A stretch of DNA of 64,000 nucleotides from Camelus ferus (taxonomy: Eukaryota): positions 250,001 through 314,000 of the forward strand of contig NC_045698.1 in NCBI RefSeq assembly GCF_009834535.1, written 5' to 3'. Below are positions 25,831 to 38,658 of the stretch, one piece after another. A program made the translations under genes and the position numbers. The notes under the pieces were generated by a model. It was not told the origin of the DNA. It searched no databases and saw nothing but the letters and a program-made list of their open reading frames with translations. Position 1 is the stretch's first letter, and each line of letters begins with the position of its first letter.

Positions 25831-25969
25831 GAGGAGGCTGTGGAGGTGAGTGCCCATCCTCTCCTTGGGCACCTCCCTTCCTGAGGGTGCTCACTGGTGC
25901 CCCAGTGGCTGGGAGCTGGGAGCAGCCCAGACGCCCTGGGGGATGTGGGCCGGCAGTGTGGGCAGCTCA

Positions 25970-26300
25970 TCAGAGGAGTGTTAGTCAGCCTTAAAGAAGA
26001 AGGGCTTCTGGCACAGTCTGCAAGGGGGTGACCCTGGGGGTGTTATTCTAGTGAAAAAGCCTGCCACAAAAAGACAGATCCCTGTGAGTCCACTTGTACG
26101 TGGCCCTGGGGTGGGGCAGACTCAGAGACAGAAGTAGGACGGGGGGCCGGGGCTGGGGGTCAGCACTCGATGGGGACAGCGCGTCACTTGGGGACGATGA
26201 GGAAGTTCTGGCAGTGGTGGGGCCGCACAGCGGTGTGGACGTGTTAATGCCACTGAACCATGTGCTACAGATGGTTAGAAGGTTACCCAGATTCTACCAC
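25970..26300 (+). mobile_element. Old L1 (L1MB-like) 3' end
   Basis: CAGACTCAGAGACAGAAGTAG...GGGACGATGAGGAAGTTCTGG...TTAATGCCACTGAAC is typical of L1MB 3' UTR. Confidence 0.6.
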
Positions 26301-27499
26301 AATGTGAGGAAACCTGGCACTGCCAAATGCACTGTCTCGGCTGGGTCAGCATCTGAGGGGCACAGCTACAGGGGCCAGCCTCGCCACAGGTCTGGGGACC
26401 CAAGTGCTTTAGGAAAACCTCCAGGCCAGTGGAGGTGGGGGGAAGGCTTCACAGCTTTGGGTAAAGTGCCTCTGAAGGACACAGAGACAGTGAGAGGTTT
26501 TCCACTACCCCATCCCCAGGCCAACGCACGACTCAGTCCGTGCAGGACGGACTCGCAGGACAAGGCTGTTCACACCGGTCCTCCGGGGTCAGCTCCACGT
26601 CCTGGTGAGGGATCCCCTACTGGGAGGAAAGGCGCCTCTTCCTTTCTGCCGGTCACCATACAGGAGAATTTGGTCTTTTGTTAAACAATACAGCAAGCAA
26701 ATCCCAAAGGACTGTTTCGTAGATCCACCCCCCAACCCAGGGAACACTAGGTGCCCAACAGCAGAGGCATTTGGGGGTGGGGGTTGGGCGCATTCACAAA
26801 CTCCTGACCAGCCCACTGGGACGAGGTCCAGGCAAACACTGGACTTTGCATCCGGTACTCAAAGATGTGAGGGCAGTGAGTCCAGACACTCCTCCCTGGA
26901 GCTGCACAGGAATTATGGACGAATGACAGCCTGTCTGGTTCCTGGAGACGTTCCAGGGGACAGGGGTGTCACACGGGGTCAATTTTCAGTTCACTGGGGC
27001 TCAGGGGCAGGTGGCCAGTGACAGGCCTTGTGATGCAATGGTCACTCTGGTGCTAGACCGTCTGAAGCAGAGGTGCAGCGGGGTGCTGTGTGAGGCCTGG
27101 GTTTCTTGCTCAGAAAAGTCAGCACAAAGTCTAAATCCTCTTGCAAAGCCACTGCCCTGGCGTTTGCACCTCTGTGTCAGAAAGTCACCCCGAACTTTGA
27201 AACAAGGCAGACAGTGGGGCGACACGCCCTTCCAGACCCTGCTCGTGTTACCCAGGGGGCTGCGGCTCCACTCCAAGCGGCAGCCTCATCCTAGCCGCCT
27301 GTGAGCGCCCAGCATCTCGGGTTCTCTGCAGACTGTTTAACTCCGGGTGCTTCCTCTTGAGTAAGAGCTCCGTCGAGTGTTGTACACTTTGTGAGTGCTG
27401 CGATCTTCTTCTCCAAACTGTGCTTTCGTGGCTGAAGCGTGGCTTTGCAGCAGAACAAGGTTCTGTCTGACAGTCTTACCAGCTTGCTTCTCATTCCCA

Positions 27500-28900
27500 G
27501 GAATATTTAGTGTCGTCGAGTCCTCCTGCCCATCGCCACCCTACTCCGTGTGAGACGGAATCTCACAGTGGTTGTAGGCTGCGGGCTCCTGATGACTGAT
27601 GACGCTGGGTGTGTTTCCATGTGCATTGTGGGTGTTCTTCTGTCTCCTTCTGTAAAGTGTCTCTTTGAGTTTTTTGCCCAGTTTTAAAGATTGAGTTGTT
27701 CTTCTTTTAATTGTTTTTGTAGAAGTTCTTTATGTATCCGGATAAAGTCCTTTGCCGGTGTACTGTATTTTTTCTCAGTCTGTGGCTTGTCTCGTCATTT
27801 ATTAAAGTCCAGGTCATCACCTGTTCCCCTTAAGTGTTAGTGTTTTGTATCCTGTCCAGATCTGCCTGCCCCAGACTCACGAAGGTGTCTTCCTATACTT
27901 TCTTCTACAAGCTCTATGATTCTCAAAGTGTTTTATGTTTGGGTCTAAGGTATCTCTTGAATTAATTTTTGTGTGTGGAATGAGATAAGAGTCAGGGGTG
28001 CTTTTGCTTTGCTTTTTTTTTCCTACACAGATAACCAGCTGCCCCAGACACATTTCTTTAGAAGACTCTCCTTCCCCCATTGGCTCGGCCTAGCGCTCGC
28101 CTGTCCTCACGCCAACACCCACTGTCGTGATTGGCACAGCTCTGCAATGAGTCGTGAAGTCGGTCAGCATCCGTCCCACAGTTCTGCTCTTCTTTAACAA
28201 CATTGCTTTGGCAATTCTGGGCCCTTTATTTCCACATAAATATTAGAATTACCTCATCAGTTTCTACAAGAAGAAAACACCCTGCTGTCCCTGTGACTGA
28301 GATGACTTTATAGATCGGTTCAAGGAGGCGGGACATCCTGACTCTGCCAAGGTTTTGACCCGGGAGCTTCGACACCTCCTGTTTGTCTGGGTCTTCTCTC
28401 TGCACTGCTTCAAGGCTTTCAGTACATAGGCCTTGCTTTTCTTTTCAGATTCAGTCCTGGGCATTGTATGTGTCTTTGATCTGGGCCAGGAGTTTTCTTA
28501 GTGGGAAGGCTCTGGCCACAGACTCAGTGTGTTTAATAGCTACTGGGCCACTTAGATTTTCTAGCTTTTCTTGTAACACTTCCGTTAATCTTTTTCAAAG
28601 CAGTTTGTCCCTTTCATCTAAGGCACTTAATTTCCTCAGCAGCATTCTTAGTGTCTCCTCGCTGTGTTTAGTGCCTGCAGGGTCTGTCCTGGCGTCTTCT
28701 TCAGAGTTCCTGCTGTCGGTAATTTACACTTTTCTTGTTCAGTATTTCTAGGGGTTTATCAATTTTATTAATCTTTTTAAAAAGCCATTTTTTTCACCTT
28801 GTTGACAATCTTTATTATTTGACTAAACACTTTTCACTGATTTTTTTCTCTCATTTAAATTTTCCTTCTCCTGATGTTGTATGTGACTGTCTCTGCCGTC
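27500..28900 (-). mobile_element. Ancient LINE-1 ORF2 fragment, antisense
   Basis: Minus ORF 27877-28080 contains DSYLIPHTKINSR (compare L1 ORF2 DPYLTPYTKINS); T-rich + strand. Confidence 0.75.
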
Positions 28901-29678
28901 TCTAGTTTCTTGAGGAGGGTTATACACCAAATGCACCCAAACTGGAGGGTCTTAGGGGTGAGGCGAACCGAACTGCCAAGGAATACACATCCTCACTGTA
29001 AACAAGTGGGTCCAGAAGATGGAAGGAGAGGGCGGGGCTTGACACCGAAATGAGAAGAGTCTATGGGCTGGGCTTCATCAGCTGTGGATGGAGCTTCCTA
29101 GGTGAGATGAACCGATTTCAAGAGTGTTAAAAATTACGATCAGATGAGGTCTACCCCATACAGGCAAGAATGCTTCACCATCAAAACGTCTGTCAGTGTA
29201 ACTCCCCACGTTAACAGACTGAAGAACATCCATGTGATGGTCTCAGTGGATGTGGAAACTCTGTGGAACTCATTTTTTCACGATAAAAATTCTTAGAAAA
29301 ATCAGAACACAGAAGAGGGTGCACGAATGGGGACGTCCACACGGGTGACACAAAGGTTCCTGTTTTGATTTCTCATCTCATCATGATGCTGTTTACATTT
29401 TATAAAACACAAATTTGCTCATCACTAGAAAAAGGAGAACCCAAGTCCTGAGCCTTACAAACCGTGACCGAATCCCCATGTCTCCTGCTAGCCTGGGACC
29501 GTCTGCAGAACGGCCATAAATGAACGGAAAGCAGGCCTTCCTGGAGGCTACGAACGAGGACCACACAACTAGGGAGCAGTGGCTGGAAACGCAGGCGGAG
29601 TTAACACGTGACTTTTCCGGCTTCGGTGACTCCGCAGACGCGCCTAGGAGCCGACTCAGTTTCTGCTTTTCCTTCCAG

Positions 29679-29768
29679 TCCCTCCGCGGCTTTGCTCTGG
29701 TCGTGAGCGCCGAAGGCGTGATATTCTACGCGTCAGCGACGATCGCGGACTACCTGGGCTTCCACCAG
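29679..29768 (+). CDS. AHRR: AHRR coding exon, PAS-A start ([30 protein letters not shown])
   Basis: ttttccttccag acceptor and gtaagc donor; 90 bp, phase 0 to 0; bHLH-PAS PAS-A signature. Confidence 0.97.
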
Positions 29769-30733
29769 GTAAGCACAGCCGTTCCGTCCGCTGCATGTTC
29801 TTTTCTGCTACCTCGTAGGCGCCTGTTGTCCTCCAGGTTTGAATCATCTCCAAGATCAAGCTTTTTAAATCACAGAACTTTTGTCAGATGAGGATTTGCA
29901 CACCCCAGCCTTGTGACGGCGAGAGGCCTGGCGGGTCCTGGGCGTCCCCAGCCTAAAGGGCAGGGACTTGTGCCAGCTGTGGCCCAGCCTCTTGTGCTCC
30001 TCACTGGTGAGAGGCCGGTCAGGGCCGGCTGTGGACCCGTCCTTGCCAGCACGGCGGCGTTCCAGGCCCCAGATACAGGGTGGGCTCTGGAAAGCCGGCG
30101 TTGATGTGCAGATAGTTTGCTGGGAACGTTGCTTCAGGCCATCCCAGCTTGTGTGGTTCCAGACCTTGGGGCAGAGAGCCGGGTCAGTCCCACCAAACAC
30201 TGGGGTCCTGGGAGGGCGGCTCGAAGAAAAGTCCCACCTCCGGCCCAGGAGAGGAGGAGGGGCCTGGTCTGGCCTCTGGGAAGGCAGAGAAGTCTCTCAT
30301 GGGAAATCCAAGCTGTAGCTGGAAACCCGAACTCGCACCCAGTGAGGCGGTTGTTGAGGACTGAGGAGGAGCCGGCTAGGCTCAGGCACGGCCGCAGCCT
30401 GCGCCGCAGACACACCCCCAGAGGGAGTGGACCACACAGTGAATAGCACAGGGGCCTGGCGCTCGCTGAGGAATTCAAGATACAAACAGGCGGACGTAAG
30501 AGAGCAGAACAGAACCCGGGAAAAGGAAGAACACAGTGTCTGTCAGGGCCCCATTTGGAGTCAGAAACTGCAGTGCTTCGAGCAGTTTCATACAGAGTTA
30601 CTGTGAGTTTACTGTAAAGGACTACTACCCAGTGACACAGGACTAGCGGGAAAGGGGCACAGAGAGGGTGGAGGGCAGCCGTGCCCGGGCTGGGGCTGGG
30701 CGCCCAGAGGAGCGGTTTGGAGACCCCTTCATC

Positions 30734-30763
30734 GGCGAGGGCGAGGGCGAGGGCGAGGGCGAG
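30734..30763 (+). repeat. (GGCGAG)5 microsatellite, G-quadruplex-capable
   Basis: Contains GGGCGAGGGCGAGGGCGAGGG. Confidence 0.85.
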
Positions 30764-33149
30764 GTGGCGGCCTGGGCGACGGTGAGTCCACTGTGGGCCC
30801 CAGGCCAGCTGGCTGGCAGAAGCCCGCCTGCTGCGACATTGGCCTGACCCAGGGAGGGTGCTGGCCTGGAGGCTGCCAGGAGCTGCCCGCTGGGGGCCCC
30901 GACGGGCCCGCAGAGCCCAAGTACCTCTGCAGGCGAGGGGAGGTGTCTGCAGCATCTGGGATCAGAGCCAAGTGATGAGACGGGGGTTTGGAGCTGGGAG
31001 TTGGGACGTGGAGTTGATAACGAAAATCTCACTGGACGAGCAGAAAGCCAGGTGGTAGGCAGATGCCGAGGGCAGAGGAAGCATGGGGCCCTGACACGCT
31101 GAGAATTCTGCTTGGCCTAAGCCCTGGAGGCCACTGGAGCGTTTGATCTAGTTTCCATGACAACCATCATTTTGTGTCACTTCCAAAACCGAAGTGGTTG
31201 TCGCTCTGCTGGTGATTCTGAGAAGTGATTCCTCAGTCATTCGGTTGGCTCTCCTGCCACCTGAACCCACACAGAGCAACTGCCACACCCTGTCCTGTCC
31301 TGGCCCCGGGACAGTCCCTGTGGCAGGTGGAGGTGTGTCCCTCGTGGAGGACCTGGCTGGTGAGGTGTGGGGGCGGGACCTCCAAGGGACTCCGGGTCAG
31401 ACCACGGGGGTCAAGCCGGCTCTGCCCCCCTAGGGTTGGGTGACGACTTCCTGCTCCATCCAAGGAGCCACAGCGTGTCCACCCACGGGGCTGCGGCTGA
31501 GCCCCTGGGGGCGCTGGGGGCAAGGGGGCCACTGCGGGAGGCGTCCCCATCACCAGCCCCGCCCCGGGGGGGCACCTGAGGCCTCTCCCTCCTTGGCTGC
31601 TCCTGACCTGTGAACTATGCCACCTGATCTGTCTCCCATGACGGTTCAGCACCCAGTTAGCCCTGCCGCCTCCCCCCAAGTCTGCCTCCCGCAGGTGCTT
31701 CGTCCATCACTCTAGGGAGGCTGTGTGTAGGAGGCGGTGAAGACGAGCCTGGTGGCATAGCTGGGTGGCTGGCTCCCTGGCTCTGGGGTCCCCTCAAGCA
31801 GCTCCCACTCACAGTACCGCTGGCTGTGGGCACGGCAGATTCCAACCCCAAATAACGAAGGCTTCCACGTCCTACTGCTGATGTGTGCAGGACGGGGCTC
31901 TGCGAAATATGGTTTGGCCTGCCTTCTGCAGGCTCAGAATTTCTTTTAGTTCCAATCACTGTCTCCTGTGTTGCTCTGTGAATTCTCCAGATGCCCAGAG
32001 CCATCTGCCTTTGGACAAAATTCGGCCTTATCACTGGGTTTGGCTTCCTGAGAAAGGCAGGTGCCCTGCAGAGGAGACCTGATTCCAGGTCTGAACTTGC
32101 TAACTGGATCTTTTGTTTTCTTGGAGCTTGGTTATTTCCTCTAAAGCGTTAGAAGTTAAAAAAAAAAAAAAGTTCTGCCTTATTCTAAAGAAATTGTTTC
32201 CAAATGTCATTAAATCATTAGCAGTGCCTCTAGTTTACGCAAAATATTTCATGAACATCTTAGAACAGCTTTGTACTATTGTGAGCTTCTTGGGCAAAAT
32301 GCTTTACAGAAAGTCAGGAACCAGGTATTTCCTATCACAGCCTGAGTGGTTTCGGTGTCTTCCACTTCAGCACCCCTGAGATGAATAAATAGACTTAGGT
32401 GTATATTTTAGTTGCTGTTGACATTTGCTGCCTCAAGAAGCTGTCGGTCCTCTGGGAGGTCAGCAGGCGGGGGAGCAGGTCCCGTGTGAACCGTGCGGAT
32501 GTCAGGGGCTGCGGGAGGAAGCAGTTAAGCGTCCACAAGCACGGATAACGGATATACGCACTCTCTGCACAGAAGATGGTCACTGCTGGAACGAGCCGCA
32601 TGTGGAAACGGTTGCACTTTTGTGCTCAGCTCCACAGAAAGGCCAAGATGAGGACACACTGATGGGACCAGAGTCGGGCTGGCTTTTAGCCATCTGAATA
32701 ATCGTCATGTTCTCTTCCCTCCTTCCTTCGCACGTTCCCCACCATGTATTTTCCCTGACCTTGTTTGTAGGAATCAGACCCTAGGAGATGAGGAAAGACA
32801 GAAGGCGGCCACACTAATTAGCACCGAACTTGGTTTCTCACCCCAGAAGAATGTTCGCATTTAACATGTCTTCGAATTTGCCTCTGTCAGTAACACCCCT
32901 TCCAGCTCTGTTCGCCCTCCCTCAAGTTAACCTGCCTCCTGTGCTGGTTAAGCCGCAGGCTCACACTGTGTGTCCCTTTTGTTAATTGTCTGAGGGATGT
33001 GGAGGCGGTGACTGGGGCAGTGGGGAGCCCCTGGGGTTCTGCGAAGCTTGAGGTCACCCGCTAAAACCCATGAGAGTAACGTGGACAACAGTGCCCGCTC
33101 ATTAGTTTACTGTGAGGCCCTCGGTGCCCAGAGCTCAGCAGTCAGCACA

Positions 33150-34660
33150 GCCTTCTCCTTTGTCAAAATCACGGGGGAAATGCTGTCCTTCAACAGCAGG
33201 TGGAAAACACTGAACTCCTAGTAACGGGTTAACCAGATGAGACGCAAGACCTCCACACGAAAAACAGAAACCGCCATTCAGAGAAATTAAAGAAGACCCA
33301 GGTAAACGGAGGGTGTGTCATATTCACGAATGGGAGGACTCAGCAATGTTCCAAGGATGTCAGAACAAATTGTAGGACTACTGACATCGCCACAAAACTG
33401 AGCAGGAAGTCTGGAGGGACATCGACAAGCCAACTGGAAGTGCAGAGGGCGGCGCACATCTAAGGCCACCTGGGGGTGGGGCGGGAGTGCTGATCACTGG
33501 TGACGGGCAGTCCGGAGACAAGACCCCGTAGGCTCAGGGGCTGGGATGGGTGGGATCAGTGCAGCCGTGGACAGACAGACCCGGGAGGTGGAACTGGAGG
33601 TTCAGAGCAGGTGTGGGCTTCCAACGGAGGCGGCACTGCCCGGAGGTGGGGAGGTGCTGCTCTTGTCAGCAAACGGGGCTGCGTGAGCTGGATCCAAACA
33701 GAAGATGACTACTACTCTTACCTCACACCATGCACAGTGGATGGTGGAAGTTTCTAGACGATAACAGGGCAGAGTGAGGTGGAAAGACTTCTTGGGACAA
33801 AACCCTGTCCATGAGGAGAGCCTGATGGATCGGCCGAGTCAGATCCATCCAGAGAGCAGAAGGGCAGGCCAGGGAGTGGAGGAGATCTTGCGAAGAAGAT
33901 ACCCTAAAAGGACGTGTGTTCACAGAGGTGAGGAACACTGACAGGTCCGCAGGCACTCAGTGGAAACTCATGAAAAAGACAGAAACAGGCAACACGCTCA
34001 CCTGCATTTAAGTGAGAAGACGCTCAGTGTCATTAGCCTTGGCGATGTGCTAATTAAAGCCACAGAAAGAAACCATGACACATCCACCACCGAGCCCAAA
34101 TGAAGAAGGCTGCAGATACCAAACACTGGCCAAAACGTCCAGCAACCGGACGTTCACGCTGCCTCAGCGGAGCCTGGATTCGCGTGTTCGCTTTGCACTA
34201 CTGGGCATTTTCTACTACAGCTGGGCCCTGCCCACCCCGTGGCCCAGTAACTCCACTCCTGGGTGTGCACCCAACAGCAACGCCCTCAAAACACAGCAGC
34301 AGCCCCTGTGTCGGCTCAGATGGGAAACCACGCAGATGTCCCAGCAGTGAGTGGATGCATCAGCTGTGGCTCATCCACGCAGCGAAGGACCGGTCAATGA
34401 TGAGGGTGAAACATGCCGCCACACACCACGTGGATGAGTCACGGCTGTGACGCGACGCAGAGGACACAGTGCTCCATTTACCCCCAGAAGCGGCCCGGGT
34501 GTGGCCGGCACCTTGACTGTCTCTGGGGAGGGTGGATGGAAGGGTTCAGAGCTGCTGTTGGGTCCCACTTCCTTACTGGGTGGTGGAGCTGCATATTTAT
34601 GGTGTGGGCACTTTGCAGCCTATGTGTTATGCCTGAATCTCTGAAGTTCATTAAGAAAGC
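33150..34660 (+). mobile_element. Ancient LINE-1 ORF2 3' part and 3' UTR, sense
   Basis: AGAGAAATTAAAGAAGACC...GGAGGACTCAGCAATGTT; ACGCTCAGTGTCATTAGCC; CCCAGTAACTCCACTCCTGGGT. Confidence 0.7.
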
Positions 34661-34693
34661 ATCCTTACGGGAAGTGCACCTGTGACCATAGAG

Positions 34694-34865
34694 CCCAGGT
34701 GAGGGGAGACTCCAGGTAAGAGTAGGGGACTCGGGTGAGTGGGGAGACTCCAGGTGAGGGGGGGACTCCAGGTGGGGAGGGACTCCAGGTGAGAGGGAGA
34801 CTCCAGGTGAGGGGGAGGGACTGGGTGAGAGGGAGACTCTGGGTGATGGGGAGACTCCAGGTGGC
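34694..34865. repeat. ~18-bp minisatellite, 10 copies (consensus GACTCCAGGTGAGRGGGA)
   Basis: Unit GT dinucleotides at 34699, 34716, 34735, 34754, 34772, 34789, 34807, 34825, 34843 and 34861. Confidence 0.9.
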
Positions 34866-36097
34866 TGAGCACCAGAAGCTGTGGCCAGTGGTGCCAGGTC
34901 TCAGCAGGAGGGAAAGCCTGGTGGGTCCACATCACCACGAGTTGGTCCCTGTTCACATCCAGAGCCCCTGACTCTGGACAGCACTGACCAACAACAATAA
35001 CCTCTTCTGACCTCAGTGTCCACTTCTTTCTTGGAAACAGTGGATGGAGGGGTGCACAGGCGATTAGAGTCCAACCTTTGAATTATGACCACACTCATTT
35101 TCCACCTTCCTGAGGTACTGGCTTGACGTCTGGGGGCCAAAGAGCCTCAGCCACGTGTCACAGGTGACTGGGAGGGGCATCTCATCCACTCTGGTGAGGT
35201 TACTGGCCACCTCCTAAGAAGGTGACTCGTCTGTGAGGTCTTGAATCTTCAGCACCTTTTCCTCCCTCTAGTTATTATAATGATCCAGTTGAGGAGTGAC
35301 TGAAACAGAAGCGGGCCGGCCCTGCTGGGGTCCCAGGTGAGAGGGTAATAAGGAAGCATGCAGCGGCCTCGTCACTGCCAACACCCAGGGCGTTTCATCG
35401 ACAATAGCGACAGTTGTGCCCACGGCGGCCAGTCTCTGTAGCCCACGGTAGTGGCCCTTGTGGCTCAGACCACAATTTCCCAGCATGGACCCAGAGCCCG
35501 TAGGGGTCAGCCACTGCATTCAGGGCCCGAGCAGGTGGGAGGACCGGGGGCCAGAGAGAGGGCTGGCGGCTGGCGGGGCCTTATGGTGTCCTGGATGAGG
35601 CAACGGTCAGGCCTGGAGGCGCTGGGAAGGGGGAAGTCTTGTCAGGAGGCACTGGCCAGGCCCCAGCTCACCTGGTGGCTCCCTCTCACCTCACAGGGGT
35701 GCCTCCCTAAGTAACTTTTGTGGTTCCAGTAATACAGGCTGGGAAGTGACCAAACATGAACGTACAGCTTGATGAGTTCTTCGAGCATGGAGGGTCGAGT
35801 CACTTAGAAAAGTGGGTGTCTGAGCCCCAGCTGCCCCCAGGGAGCCGCCTGGCTTGGGGGAGGGGCTGGCGGCCCTGGGGGCACCTCGTGAGCCGGGTGC
35901 CGGGCATCTGGGCTATGTGGGCGTGGCCTCCGGGGAGCGAGTCCTCGTGGCCAAGGCCCAGCCCTTTCCGAGAGGCTTTCTCTTCACAGGTGTGACTTGC
36001 TTGACAGGTGGACGAGATGTTTTCTCAGTGGTTAACACTGGTATGAAGTGTGGCAGCTCCCTCAGGTAAGCCTAAAGCGACTGTTGCGCTGTTGCAG

Positions 36098-36227
36098 ACA
36101 GACGTGATGCACCAGAACATCTACGACTACATCCACGTGGACGACCGCCAGGACTTCCGCCGGCAGCTCCACTGGGCCATGGACCCCCCACCGGCGGCGT
36201 GTGGGCAGCCCCTGCTCGCAGAGACAG
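36098..36227 (+). CDS. AHRR: AHRR coding exon, PAS-A ([30 protein letters not shown]...AET)
   Basis: gttgcag acceptor and gtgggt donor; 130 bp, phase 0 to 1; AHRR-diagnostic peptide. Confidence 0.97.
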
Positions 36228-37058
36228 GTGGGTCTTCCCGGGCCCAGTCCAGCCCAGGCTCAGACGTTAGTGGGAGCACGTGGGCGTCTCTGCAGGGACC
36301 CTTCCTCTCCCCGATGCCGCGTCCACTCCCCTCCTCGAAGACCTCCTCCCACGTCCCTCTCCCCGCCTCCAGCCCCACGTGGCTCTCTGGCTGTCTCTGG
36401 CCACTTCTCTGTGCTCACCAAGAAGCCACAGTACTTGTCTCCCATCTTCCAGGAAAGTTGTTTGGCCGACATTAGATTTACCTGGAAAAAGCCCGCAAAG
36501 GTTGTTGTCTGTTCAGAGACGTTGTCCCTTGTGAGCAGGACCCCTGCGAAGTCCTGGATCTGTGGCCCTTGCCCACTCCACATGCTGGGCAGGCATCCAG
36601 GTCCTTGAGGGACAGGGCAGCGTCACCGGGGTCCAGTGCAGGGAAGACAGTCCTGGCCTTTCACACATCTCCCCTGAAGTGGTAACTAATTTGAGAGGGG
36701 TTTCCAGCACAACTTCACGCAGCAGCACGATTCACTTTATAACCCTGAGGGGAGCGCAAACTTCAGATGCCGACGCAGGTTTATTTGAAAGCTCAAGACA
36801 AAAACAAAAACAAAAACTCAACCACTGATCGCTCATCACACATGCAGTTTTTCTGAAACGCTGTTTTTAAGGGCAAAGGACGATGAAGGGAAAATATGTC
36901 AGGGCGGCTGTCTCTAGGGAACTGGGACGCACTGGGCGCTCACGGGAGGGCGACCTGGGGGGCCGCGTGTGCTCTGCGCCCTTACACGCACAACCTTGCT
37001 CATCAGAGCATATTCACGGTTTCTCCCTTGGTCACGCTGCCTCTGCCAATGTGGGCAG

Positions 37059-37195
37059 GAGAGGACGCCATCCTGGGGAGGCTGCTGCGGGCCCAGGAGG
37101 GGGGCGCCAGCTCGCCCACGGAGTACTCGGCCTTCTTGACGCGCTGCTTCGTCTGCCGTGTGCGCTGCCTGCTGGACAGCACCTCGGGCTTCCTG
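37059..37195 (+). CDS. AHRR: AHRR coding exon ([13 protein letters not shown]...[21 protein letters not shown])
   Basis: gggcag acceptor and gtgagt donor; 137 bp, phase 1 to 0; AHR-family RCLLDxxSGFL motif. Confidence 0.96.
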
Positions 37196-37878
37196 GTGAG
37201 TGCACGGGGCTGCGGCCTGCAGGGTGGCGGGGCTGTGCCGCAGTGCGGACCAAGAAGCCAAGAAGCGAGGGGCAGTGCCCGAGGTGCTGACTGCCCGTGA
37301 CTCAGCGGGGAGAGTGTGCAGGCGGTGAGATGAAAATGTGAGGTCAGCTGCCGGTAGAGGCACCACCTAGATGAACTGGAAATCTGCAGAGCGTTTGTGC
37401 TTATGTTCAATTTCCCTTTATTTAAAACTCATTAAAAGTGTTTTCCCAGAAAGGACTGAGAAGCACAGGAGAGCCGAATGGCAGCCCTGGCTTCTGGTTT
37501 TAATCTCTCCTCCTGCAGAAAGACACTGGGGTTTCCATTTCTCCTCCAGTGCCTCCTTGGAAGGGCTGAGGCGGATGGAGGTGTGTCCTCACGGGCAGCA
37601 GAGCAAAGCCCCTGCCCACCCCAAACCTCCATCCCCTGGACCGCATGTATGCTGCTCTCCAGGGGCTCTGCCGCCTCCCCTTGGCCCAGGGTCCCCACAG
37701 TCTCTCCCAGGAGCCCAGCGCACCCCATCCCTGTGCTGCCTTGCCCACCTCCACTTCTGACCCCAGGGCCAGTGGGCTTTCCCCATCAGTGACTGGTGCT
37801 GAACCCTGAGCCCCAGCTTCCTGCCTCGTCCTGGATGCATGCAGAGCGGCCCCTCCCACGACCCCTGCTCCTCCCCAG

Positions 37879-37992
37879 CCACACCTTGACTGTGGGGTCC
37901 TGGGGGCTCTGTCTCCCTATCCTGGGCTGGGGGGGGGTCCTGTGTAGAGTCTGTCTCCACACCTTGACTGTGGGATCCTGGGGGTCTGTCTC
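37879..37992. repeat. Local ~36-bp direct duplication
   Basis: CCACACCTTGACTGTGGG(G/A)TCCTGGGGG..TCTGTCTCC near 37879 and 37957. Confidence 0.75.
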
Positions 37993-38501
37993 CTCTCCTG
38001 GGCTGTGGTCCCCAAGAGGGACAAACAGCAGGTGTTTGGTGTTTGGCAGGACCTCTGAGTGTTAGTCCCTGGGCTGGCCTGACATGTTCCAGGAGGTGCT
38101 CAGTGGGTGTCTGTGGGAGGGAAGGAGGGGCAGGGGCAAGCAGGTATTTTTGGATCAGCTTCTAAATGGCTCTGAGGAGAGGGAGCCCTGAGGATGCCCT
38201 GCTGACCAGCCTGAGCCCAAGATTGGCTCTTGGCCGTGGATATCCCACCTGCCTGTCTCGGTTCTCAATTCTTGCTGGCTTTCCCTGCCTGGGCCCCGAG
38301 CAGTGCCGTGCCACGAGCCTCAGAGGTTTCTTACTGCTTTTGAGAAAATGTCAAACACTACAAATCAGGGCTTTTTTCTCTGGAGAGCTGGATGTTAAAC
38401 ATGTCCCAGCACCACTGCCTTGACTCCCCCACACCAAGCATGTGACCACCATGTGGTAGGTGCTTTGCAAGTATTTGTTCACTCAATCAGTCCATGGACA
38501 A

Positions 38502-38658
38502 ATGGATGGATGGACAGATGGAAGGATGGATGGATAGATGGATGGAAGGGTGGATGGATGGATAGATGGATAGATGGACAGACGGAAGGACGGATGGAAG
38601 GATGGATGGACATGGAAGAATGGATGGATGGAAGGATGGATAGAAAGCAGGATGGATG
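38502..38658. repeat. Imperfect (GGAT)n tetranucleotide microsatellite
   Basis: Repeat visible directly. Confidence 0.95.

Noticed and set aside
30134..30955. 273-aa minus-strand ORF with LALALALALA
   Set aside because: Low-complexity product of the (GGCGAG)n repeat in stop-poor GC-rich DNA
34694..34865. CRISPR-like repeat array
   Set aside because: Head-to-tail units with no unique spacers, no cas genes, and a mammalian context
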